Below are positions 52,930 through 63,997 of a stretch of 63,997 nucleotides of DNA, piece by piece. The first letter of the stretch is position 1, and every line of letters starts with the position of its first letter. The stretch comes from Paraspadella gotoi. Taxonomy: Eukaryota > Animalia > Chaetognatha. The position numbers were made by a program, and so were the translations under genes. Below the pieces are notes generated by a model. The model was not told the origin of the DNA. It saw nothing but the letters and a program-made list of their open reading frames with translations, and ran no database searches. The stretch spans positions 26,773,932 to 26,837,928 of the forward strand of contig CM119266.1 in the NCBI GenBank assembly GCA_051294375.1, read 5' to 3'.

Positions 52930-53335
52930 ACTACATGAACACCTTCAACTGCGGAGGATCCACAAAGGACGTCGACGGCGCCGTCGTCTACTCCGACGTT
53001 GGCCCCGCCTACACCGACTACAAAGACTGCCACATCAAGTTCAAGGCCGACAAAGGTCGGTCCCAGTCGGTGGTTTTTTTTTGTTTTTTTTGTTTTTTAT
53101 CATGAAAGTCGATATCTTGATCATAACGTCCATAATAACGTTGGTAATAATTATTGTAATATTGTTTTTGCTAATTTATTAAGCAATATCACATTGATTA
53201 ACTAACCTGCTTCCTTTTCCCGAAACAGGTCTTCAAAAGCTGAAGCTCCGTTTCGAGTGGCTCGACCTCCACTGCGGCGACACTCTCAGCATCTACGCAG
53301 GGATGTACAACATCCTCTCCTGGGGATCTAATTTG
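52930..53335 (+). CDS. Two internal exons (52930-53055, 53229-53335) of a CUB-domain protein; remaining exons not identified
   Basis: ttgcag/gtcggt and aaacag/gtgagt splice sites, branch point actaac at 53201, phases 1-1 and 1-0, C-ending codons. Joined translation YMNTFNCGGSTKDVDGAVVYSDVGPAYTDYKDCHIKFKADKGLQKLKLRFEWLDLHCGDTLSIYAG matches the CUB pattern CGG..G...S...Y....C.....G...L.F..lDl.C.D.L.IY.G. Confidence 0.85.
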
Positions 53336-53447
53336 GTGAGTACGATTAACTGTGGTTGAGGCGCGCTTTCTTTAATGTTAAACGGAACACGAAGGAAAGG
53401 GATTAATCAATTAAATATTTATTTCCGAGTGCGACGTCGTCATCCTG

Positions 53448-53559
<112 letters not shown>

Positions 53560-55482
53560 TTGGTGTAGAAAAAGCTCCCTCTTCCGCACAAGGAAATGCA
53601 AATTGGTTTGATTGCAATTTATGATCGTCTTTGGAATCGAAAATCGTAAATCTTTTTTTCTTCGCGCGATGTTCTTTTTTTCTTTCTCCCTCTCGACGAT
53701 TTATTTTTATTCCAATTTCCTCGTTTTTAATCCTCCGCTTTTTTTCCTTCATCGCTCATTGGTTTTTTTGTTTTTTTTTTTGCCAAGTTTAATTTATTGT
53801 TATTGTATGGGGTTATTTATTTTCCGTTAATCTGGAGGGCGGTGGTGAACGGAATTTCTACTTGGGACAAAATCGTCGAATCACGTCTATGATGCAACTT
53901 CTGAGGATGTAAAAATCTATTCTTTAGGAACGGGAAGTTTTTAGTTGGTCGAATTTCCTCCTTCCACACCGGAAGCGAGGCATGCGTCTTCGGTCCTCCC
54001 CCTACCACCGACCACCTACCTCCAGTCACCTCGTCTCTAAACCCCAAACTCCCTTCAACTCCCTCTCCCCCTCCTCCGCCCCCCAAAATAATTTCGGGTC
54101 TGAAAGATTTTCGCGACATAAAATTTGGTTTTTGCCGCATCATCGCGCCATTTGGAAAAATTTAAACAGCGCGCGTCAGAGGGCGGGGGGGGGGAGACGA
54201 CGGAGACGTCGATTCCATTTTTCGCGGCTTTGAACCCGCGGGAAGCGGGGGCATCCTCTGTCGTTGTTGTTGTTTCCCCAGGCAACGCGTTTAAGAGCGA
54301 GAGTTCTCAATAAAGTTTAAATTTCTCGGTGATAGTTTTGAACTCGGGACCATACGAGCCACGCAACAAAGACCATGCCTCGAACACCCTCTAACGTCTA
54401 TTTCGATTCCTGGTTATGAATCGCCGACCGTTTTATGGCGCCATTTCTCTATTTTTTTTTCTCCGTTTCCGCGACAAAATACTGTTTCTCATTCGTCGAT
54501 GGAATCGACCAAAGATGAACTCTATTTCCTCGCGGCGTTCGAACCGGAATGTGGGCGGCGACACCGGCTGCTGCTGCTGCTGCGGCGACTGCTCTGGCGG
54601 CGGCGGAAGCGGAGGCGGCAGCTGTGACGCGTTTTAGACCGCGATTAAAGTAGTTTCGTCTCTGTTTTGTATGAATGAATGACTTTGACGACGTTTTCGA
54701 CCATCGCTGCTGACTGCTGAGCCAAAACTGCTGAATCGTTTTAATACGTATCTACGTACTATGAACTTGTATGATGAACCAACTCTAGATTTATTAAATT
54801 TTTATGCTTTTATTGGCAAGAGGCGAAGGATGTAAAGCTACATTATATGTACTTAATCCAACAAATCAAACTTTTGATTTGTAAAATAGTATTTTATTTT
54901 TAATACGATGTATCTAAGAATCTATACGTATAAGGGAGATCTAAAAACTGTTTTATTAATTTTTTTATTTATTAAATTTAAAGATCCTGAGTGACCAAAA
55001 ACCCCTCATCCGCATCGTCGCGTCTGTCAAACCGAACTTGTCTCGCGCGTAAATCTTTGGGTTGAGTTATGGCGGAAGGCGCAACGACTCTCGTCACCTC
55101 ACGGGCGTTATTACCCGAGCGAATTGGTCTCCTTTTCCCCACAAACGCCCTCTCTTTGTGGACCTCAGAAAAAAGTTTTTTTCTTTTTTCTGGTCGCGGG
55201 GTTAACTTGATTCGAACTGAGCCGCTTTTGTTGTCGAAAGAGAGAGAGAGAGCAAAAAAAAAAATATACTCGGTCGCGAGTTCAATTCGTTTTTTAACGT
55301 CTTTTGTCCGCGACGACTATAACCATAAAAATAACACGGGAGCGTGGCGTAATAACCCGCTGGTGAAGAAAAAGCGTTATAATTTGAATCTATGTCCGTT
55401 AATATATGGGGTATAGAGACGAAAAGGGCGGGGAGGAGAGGAGAGGGATGAAGCAAAAAGAGAATCGGCATTAAGCGCCTCC

Positions 55483-55605
<123 letters not shown>

Positions 55606-56441
55606 TGCGGTCGATTTCCATCAAAAAAACCAATTTCGCCGGCGCAAAAATGGCCGTCTACTCGCGATATGGTGTTGGGGAAATGTCGGCGCGGGGAAAA
55701 ATCAGAGATGGACCGAAGGAAAAAAAAATAACGCTCTCGAAATAAATGAAAGTATATTCGGTGCTTATCGCGTGATGGGTAGTAATACCTCCGGGGCGTT
55801 TACGGTCTTTCGCAGTTACGTGAAAATAAGAATAGAGAGAAAACGATGAAAATAAAAGCGGAGGAAAACTGAAAAGCAAAAGAAGGAAGCTAATCTGAAA
55901 AAAAAATGGGAAGGAAGAGAAATTTGAATTCGAATCAAGTGAGACTTCGGGAGAAATGATTCGCATTGGGTGGGCATCTCATTTGTTTCCATTTCATTTC
56001 ATCTCAACTCATCATCTCATCTTGTCTTTTGTCATTCACTTCCCGGAAGGGAGGAAAAGAGAGATGAACTAAATTGGAAAGAATATCAATTCGAGATTGG
56101 AAAAAATATGAAGAAAATGGCAGGAAATTGGAAACAGCATTTTTGTATTCCGATTTTTAGATTACGTATATTTAAAAACTAATATATTAACTTATATTTT
56201 TAATGCTTATTCCACTTATTCCACGGTTTGAGAGATCGAAATATCGTTTTGGATCGTACTTTTCCGCCCTCGAACGCCTCGGGTTTAAGATTCTTAGAGA
56301 TTCCGGCAAATATTGTTTCTTCTTCAAGTAATTATTGATGTTGGTGCTATTTTTAGCAACATTTTGTTTCTTCTCACATTTATCAATTATTCAAAGTGGG
56401 GACGGATAACATAAGCTTGAAATTTGGCTTCTATCCCCCGC

Positions 56442-56483
<42 letters not shown>

Positions 56484-56619
56484 GAAAAGAGAGTGGTTCA
56501 TGAGTCTTCATTAAAGGCAGAAGCCTCTCACTCGGCGCATTTTCCGTTTCTGAGTCGGCGCCAGAAACGAAGAGCGTTCGTCTTTTGTCTTCATAACTTC
56601 TCTTCTCTCTCTCTCTCTC

Positions 56620-56660
<41 letters not shown>

Positions 56661-58346
56661 CCACCATACGTCTCCTTCTTCCCGCCGCCTTGGCCAACCC
56701 CATGTCGGCGACTTTATCTCCACTTAATGGAAATCCTCGTAAGACATTTGACGTGACGTTCGTGACAGGCGTCTTGTCGGGCAACTCAGAGTCGTTTGCT
56801 CTTTTTGAAATTCGCTCGGACATCACGATCTCCCATCGGGCTGGTATTGTTACTCTCCACTCAACGGAGCTCTGGGTTCTTAGTTTAGATTTTTAGAGGG
56901 AGAAGGTTGACTGCAGGCTGTTAATTGCGCAGGTAACCTGCAATAGAGCTTAATTGCGTCTTAAAGATTGGCCAAGCGCCTTGTGAATTGACTCAAATGA
57001 GCTAATAATTAAAAAAAAACCAAGAAGCGAAAAACGTTTGACTTTTGTTTAATGGCCAATTTGAATCTTTCCAGTTTAAGTTGTGATCTTGTACTGACTG
57101 ATTTCCCTTTCTCACTCTCTCTCTCTCACACTCTTTTCATCCTTCAAATTGTAAGCTTTGATTTATTTTATTTTTACTTTGTTGCTGTTTCTTTATCACT
57201 GATGAAATCTCTGACAAAACTTTTTTCTTTCTAGCGCAGTTATCTCATAATGAAAGATTATTTTATATCTAATTTACATATTATTTATCATCTACGTTTT
57301 CCTTATTATACCTCGTGTAATCCCCGGATCGAGAAGGCAATTCTAAGATTGTGAATGTTAAATCCAATCTAACCGGGGCCAGTGGCCACCCGCGAAGTTG
57401 TCAAACTTGAAATCCAATCATCGGGGTGACGGCGGTGACGCTTAAGTCGTCCGGGCGAACGCAGAGACCATCGTCTCTTTCATTTTCTGTCACTTTTCTG
57501 ACACACAATTTCGAATTCATTATTATTCCGGTTTCTCATTATCTCGTGATTAGTTTCACAGGCTTCCGCAAGAAGATAAGTTCCAAGTTTTTCTTTTAAT
57601 GTTTTCTTTTAATTTTTCTCCCAACAGTTAAAACTTCCAGTTACTCTTGATCTGCGTTCGATCTCCAGCGCTTAATGAACGTTTCACTCTTGAAATCGTC
57701 CGATTTGACCTTCATCTTCATGTCTCGCTTCTTTCTAATTCTTTCTTCTCCCTACTTCTCCCCCTTCTTTCACTATTTGTTTCTTTTTCTTCTTTTTATT
57801 TGCCGAGCCGATCCTTTCCTGCGCCATCTTCATAACAATGCGAGTAAAGGCCTTCCGGATGGCCCTCTCGAACCTTCTGGATGGCGGTTGAAATTATGTT
57901 TGATCGAAAGGTGGTACTATGGTAGTAATAAACAAGGAGGTACAAAAATGCGAAAAAAGAGAAAGGTGAATGGAAATAAGAATGAATGGTCTTTTCATAC
58001 AATTGAAACATTCTTTGAAATATTATACTACTTCATTCTGGGAGTGAATAAACGAGACTGTGTGAGTCTTGATTGAAAGCTTGCAGGGACCTGCTTTGTC
58101 ATTATCTTGCAAGAGTGATGGAGGCCTTAAACCACCAAAGCCTGTCCAAAGTCAGGGACAAGATAGCTTATTCATTAAATGAATGGATAATTTTTATATT
58201 GGTTGTACCAATTTCATAAAGAAAGAAGCAAACAAAGAAACAAAGAAAAAAGATCGGGCAAAGAAAAGTATTATTCCTGCGAATAAAAATATAGGAAAAC
58301 ATTGCTTCCAGGCGGGGCTATTATTCATTCTCTCTCTACTCTCTCT

Positions 58347-58410
<64 letters not shown>

Positions 58411-61340
58411 CTCTCTCGTCTCTCTGCTCTACTCTCTTGCTATCTCTCTCTCCCGCTTTTCTTTTTTCGAGCCTCCATTCCGTTGTCTTTTATTGCCGAT
58501 ATCTTTTATGTCCGTTAATGAGAAACGGTGAGAAAGAGAAACAAATGAAAAACAAAGAAAAAAAACAAAAGTGGCAACGGGGAAAAGTATCTTCAGAAAG
58601 ATACGCAACATAAAACATTAAGCGGGACCAGCGTATTATTTTATGAATCGTGATCCGTTGGGTTACGAAGGATAAGAGTATCGAAATTGATGATAGAATT
58701 AAAAAAACAAAGAAAGCAATTCCATCTGTTTATATAAAAATCAATATTTTAAATTAACTTAAAATCGTAGATATAAAAGAGTATTTTTAAAAAAAGTTTA
58801 GAAAAAAATGTTTGTTTCCTTTCGTTTACGACTGCAGCAATTCGATCCTCTAATGGCGAAACATTAACGAGCGCCGCATTCTGTCTTGAGCTGACATCTC
58901 TCACGATCGCAAGCCTCGTCTTTTGCGCCAAATGCACATAATTTCAAGCGCCTGAAGCGCTAGATTTTAAATTTGACTTAAGCCCCTGATCCGCACGAAT
59001 CTGATCTTCTCACTGTGACGCCCGGCCTCAAAAGCGACTAATCTAAGGCGCCTGGAGTCTACGCGCCCGATCTCTAGCTTCTAACGTGCCAATTTTCACC
59101 CATGCCGGGATCTCGCGCGCCGATTTCTCAGCCTCTACGCCTCGGGGCTTTTGTCGTTGGAAACGCGCGACGGAGAATTCGTTTCGTCTCGAGAAGAAAA
59201 TAAATCACTCGACGGTGATTCAAGACTCGAGTTGTTTTTCTGTTGTTGTTGTCGTCCTGTTTTGTTTGTTTTATCGATTTCGATCCTTTTATTCCTTTTA
59301 TCGTTCGTTAAGATTGCTTTGAATTTGACGCAATTTTCCTCCCTGAGAGCCCTTTCCCGGCGAGAGCGACAATTTTCTTTTCTTACTCTCTCTCTCTCTC
59401 TCTCTCTCTCTCTGCTCTCTTTCAAACAACATTAAAATCGAAGCGATAAAGTTGAAGTGAAGAAAATCGAAATCGTCTTGAGACCGAACGACAGGAGAAA
59501 TCCAATCAAACAATTTATTACGAAACGAAAATTGTTTTTTTCCTTTAAAAATATCACGAGGGTTACAGAATTTAGATGGGTAGATGATTTCCAATGGTTT
59601 TTTAGGGAAATAAAAGGTTTCCCGTATATTTATGGCACTCACTGCATCGGAATTCCGTCTTTTATTCTATATAGTTTAAGGATTTCCTGAAGGCGGCACA
59701 GTCACTTAAATTTTAGGTTTTTTCCTCTCTTAACAAATGAACAACCAACTATGGGCGAGTTATGAGCATTTTTAACGTAAGTGGGACAGATTGACGGACA
59801 GACATACCGACCAAAACACCGACCTTAAAGTGACTTACAGAGTTAAAAGTTATAGAGTACTCGCGGACAACTAAAAAATACTGAGGAAACTTAACAATGA
59901 CGATACTTTACTAAGAAAGTAAACTCGTCGTTGCATATGGGCCATTTTCGGAACGTCCGAAAAATTTGAAAAGCCCTGAAAAAAATGTGAAATGAGGCGA
60001 TAAATTTCGCCAACAACAGAATGCAAATGAGTTTATAGGAAAGGCCCGAACGACACGATAAGCCTTTTGTGCCGGATTCATTGTAGGCGGCGACGAGAGC
60101 AGCGGCGGAAGCGGCGTGAAAAAAAAGAGCAATAGGCGGCGAAAGGGAATGAAGCGGCGAAGGCGGATCCGACGCCAACCAGGCGAACAAGGGTCAGGGC
60201 GGCAAGGTCGCTGTAGCCGCTGAACGCGGGCGGGATATAACGCCGGTAGAGACGCAGGTGGCGACGGAGAAGATTAGAACAGCATCGGCGGAAGCTGCTG
60301 CTGCTTCAGGTGCTGCCGCTGCGGTTGCGGATTGAGAAAGGCGGCGGCGGCGGCGGCGGCGGCGGCGGCCTAAATCTTTGACTTCCGCCCTTTTGAGACT
60401 CAATGAATGGAATAATCTTCTTCTCTTTTTGCTCGAATGTCTTTTCTTCTGGGAAAGAGGAATGAGTCTCCTTTTTCGTCTTTCTTCCTCTCCTCGATAT
60501 CCCTTTTATATCCTTTCCTTTTCCTCTCCCTTTCCTTTCTTTTCTCTTATTTATCTCTTCTCCATCTTCTTCATCATTTCTTCAATCATTTCAATTTCTT
60601 CATCCATCTCTCCCATCCCAATTCCATTTTTGCGCACTGGCTTTTGCAATAATAACATCAATACCTTTTGGAAAAAAATTTGTTTCCAAATATCGTTAGT
60701 GTTTGTTCAATAATGTCTCAACTGTTTAAATAAAATTTTATTCCTCTCGTCAACTCAGCCTCAAAAAATTCCTACATTCGCTACTCCGAGTAAGACCACC
60801 ACATCCACTGGTCGCTATGGAAACGCCCTCTCTCGTCAACGCTGCTTTTTATGGGTTTCTATTCAATCGTAAGAAACTATACGAGGTCTGCCCCCTGGCT
60901 TTAGACTCAGACTGAGACCTTTGCTTTAGTTATTCCGGGTATCTCCTTCGCATATAAGCCAATTTCGAAGCTGCATAAAGCCAACTTATTCCCCGAAGAT
61001 ATTCATTACTACATCAAAGCCGAAACCGAACCTTCTTACTCCATAAAACTCTTTGGCGAAATTCTGCATCACCGATTTTCGTTTTTCGCCGAATCTGGTC
61101 TCGATTTCCTAGTTTCTCGCCATCCATCCCACTTAATCCGCCATCCGCCGCTCAAGTTTATATCCTTAATATCCCCACCCCAGACCGCAGCCAACCCCTT
61201 TTAAGTTCTCCATCGCTCCTCCCCCAGCTTCCGCGGGACTCAGCTGCTCTTCTCGTCCCGAAATTCGGGCACATAAATCGAATGTCGCTTTTTATTTCTT
61301 TTTCGCAAATCTTCGTTCGTTTCGACGCCGGTGACGAGAT

Positions 61341-61420
<80 letters not shown>

Positions 61421-62109
61421 TCTCACTCTCTCTCTCTTCACTCTCTCTCTCTCTTTCTCTCTCTCTCGTTCTCTCTAGTACGCGAAGCAAACTGTTACAC
61501 GCGAGAAGGCGATGACGGCTTTTTCACACCGTCCTTCACTCTCCATTTATAACATCCTCACCAGAAACTTACTTCTTCTTCCTCGCCTTTTCCCCCTCAC
61601 CTCCTCTCCCTCTATTTCTCTCCCTCGCCTCCCATTCACGAAAATATCATCATCGTTCGATCCGCGATACTTTTTTTAGCGAGTAACCCCGCGTGTCTCC
61701 TCATTTTTTATCTAATCCTTTCTCCACGACTTTTAACTGTGTCCCCAACATATTTCTTTTTTTCTGTTCGTCAACATCTTTCTCATTTCCTTCCTCCCTC
61801 ATTCTTCCCTACAATTCACCTACTTGATTCAATCCCTCTTTCCTCCTTTTTATTCCTCTATTCCTCCTTCCTTTTCCCATCCTGCCTCCTTTTCCTTAAT
61901 AACTTAAAGATATTTTAATTTATGGCGATTTTACGTAGTTTGAAACAAGTGCTCGACTTGGGTACTCTTGAACTAGTTTACAATAGTGAGAATTTTGCAA
62001 TCTGTCGCCTTGCTTTTTCCTTTTTTCCTTTTTTCCTTTTTCCCTTTTTTATTCAAGTAGATCAAATAGGAATTAGTTCCTCCACGTCTTTGCCGTCGCC
62101 CTCCTCCTC

Positions 62110-62185
<76 letters not shown>

Positions 62186-62200
62186 ATCTCTACTCTCTCT

Positions 62201-62325
<125 letters not shown>

Positions 62326-62520
62326 TCATGTTCGACATTTAAAGATTTCATTAACTCTCTTCGGTCTATCATTTACGTCATCGTCGCCCCCGTGTTCATC
62401 GTCGTCGTCGTCGTTTTGGCCCGTCCAATTGACCAGCGCCGAAAATAGCCGTTGCGACCTCTGACGATTCGTCCTCCTGCGTCACTTCGCCCGTCTGTTC
62501 CGGCTCCGCCTCTTCCGTTA

Positions 62521-62655
62521 CCACTTACGCCGCTCCTACCGCCTTCGCCGTCACTTACGCCGATCCTACCGCCTTCGCCGCCACTTACGCCGCTCCTACC
62601 GCCTTCGCCGCCACTTACGCCACTCCTACCGCCTTCGCCGCCACTTACGCCGCTT
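62521..62655. repeat. 30-bp minisatellite, 4.5 copies (ccacttacgccgctcctaccgccttcgccg)
   Basis: Units at 62521, 62551, 62581, 62611 and a partial unit at 62641. Confidence 0.97.
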
Positions 62656-62964
62656 CCCCCCATTCTCTGTTTGTTTAAGTCTCGGTTTACGACGCGATTC
62701 TCTCGGAGCTCGTGTCGGTCAAAAAGTCGGCCAACGGCATTTTACCCGACATAAGCTAATCCTTTGACGATGTTTAATCCTGAGCCGTGACGCCACTCAG
62801 GTTAGATGATTTTCGGTGTTCGCCTGACTCTCATACTTCGTTTGTTTAGTTTTGTTTCTGTACATTGTACAATTGTCCATTATACAACATGCATGTATCA
62901 AAACAAAAAAAATTACTCACTCTCCCTCCGTTTTCTTCTGTTTCTTTCCACCCGTGACCGCCAG

Positions 62965-63077
62965 AGGACCTGTTTAGATCGACGACCCTCGAAGGCGCCA
63001 TTCGACCCCACGACTCGACCCCCGACGACCCCTTGGGGGGCAGCGAGCGCCCCCTGCTTGGCGCAGGACCTCGTTGA
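62965..63077 (+). CDS. Candidate terminal coding exon (xDLFRSTTLEGAIRPHDSTPDDPLGGSERPLLGAGPR*)
   Basis: Long pyrimidine tract and ccag acceptor at 62964, GC-rich island with many C/G-ending codons, stop at 63075-63077. No recognisable domain. Confidence 0.3.
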
Positions 63078-63997
63078 CCATTTGTTCCAAGAATCTGTCA
63101 ACATTGTCCGGTCGTCGTCGTCAATCAATATTTTGCCTTAGTTGTCGTAATGTTCATCGTAAAAATTGAATTTTAATGTAATCTAAATTTACGGTTAATT
63201 TATTTGTATTTACTTGAGAAAAGTTTCTGAAAAAAATATATGATTTCCTTTATCGTATTCATGTTTTTCGTTAAATTTTAATCAGCTTCATCTTTCTAAT
63301 CTTTTTTTTTTCTTTTCCTCTTCTTATTCGTCTCTGTCTCCCGGTTGTTTTGTCCAATGACGTCATCGGCTACGTCTTTGATTCGGTGGGAGAGAGTTTC
63401 GTCGTCGTCGTCGTCATCGTCGTTGTTTTGCTTTACGACGTCGTCGTCGTCTTCATCGACGCAGTCCCTCGCTTTACTTATTCACGATCGACGCTCGATG
63501 AGGTTTGATTGAACGAGGGAAAAAAAAAGATCATTCGATACTGAAAAACTCACCGTCAAATGAAGAATCCACCGTGAGTTTCATCAAAACGCGTTCACTG
63601 TATTCGAGCCTTCCTTTCTGTGACTTCCCTCGAGTTTACGAACGTCCGTCAATTCAACTAATTTGACTAATTGGCCAATTAGTCCGTTATGCGAGCAATC
63701 GAAGTAATTAATTGTGTTTTGAAACTGGCGAGGCTGCTCGCGCTCTCTTCGAGTTCTCTCTCGCGCCATAATTCAACATCTTTCCCTTCCTCCCCCCCAC
63801 AACTCGCAAAACCCGATCCCTTCCTCCTTCCTCGTTTCCACCGTCTCCCCGGACGTCGCCTAATTTACCCGGCAACAATTGTTTTTCGCAAACGCGTTGT
63901 TTCCCCCGCGTAACAACGACGGTAATCTCCTAGCAACGCGCGTCCGTCGTGGCAACGCCGGTAATTTCCTTAATTCGCGGCGTGGCTGCGTGGTTTT

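Noticed and set aside
56690-56896. ORF segment SGNSESFALFEIRSD...G as the missing CUB C-terminal exon
   Set aside because: No convincing acceptor or donor in the needed phase, and codon usage unlike the confirmed exons.
62452-62754. Pro-rich and Gly-rich repeat ORFs, or a CRISPR-like array, at the 30-bp repeat
   Set aside because: Contiguous minisatellite without spacers, in a eukaryotic context, with no exon boundaries.

Overview
Eukaryotic, apparently invertebrate metazoan, genomic scaffold: AT-rich, not CpG-depleted, saturated with (AG/CT)n and (ACG)n microsatellites, with seven N-gaps and patches of noisy long-read gap fill. Almost all ORFs in the supplied track are microsatellite or antisense artefacts. 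Supported content: (1) a clean 4-exon, 255-aa PMP22/claudin-superfamily gene (TMEM47/VAB-9/PERP-like, minus strand, 33806-35654) with an unusual N-terminus of 22 Cys in 55 residues; (2) a rearranged Ty3/Gypsy (CsRN1-like) cluster at 37.4-44.1 kb, made of ~1.7 tandem 3.9-kb units, each with two diverged element 3' ends fused tail-to-tail; (3) inside both diverged LTR starts, an antisense Pol III-type A-box/B-box cassette whose hairpins show compensatory base changes, the most novel-looking signal here; (4) a tRNA-like sequence at the cluster edge, a Penelope-type hammerhead ribozyme and Helentron/HINE-like remnants; (5) a decayed BEL/Pao element with its 3' LTR; (6) a frameshifted RING-finger/coiled-coil gene; (7) two exons of a CUB-domain gene. 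All alignments and translations were done by eye, and family names come from remembered motifs, not database searches.
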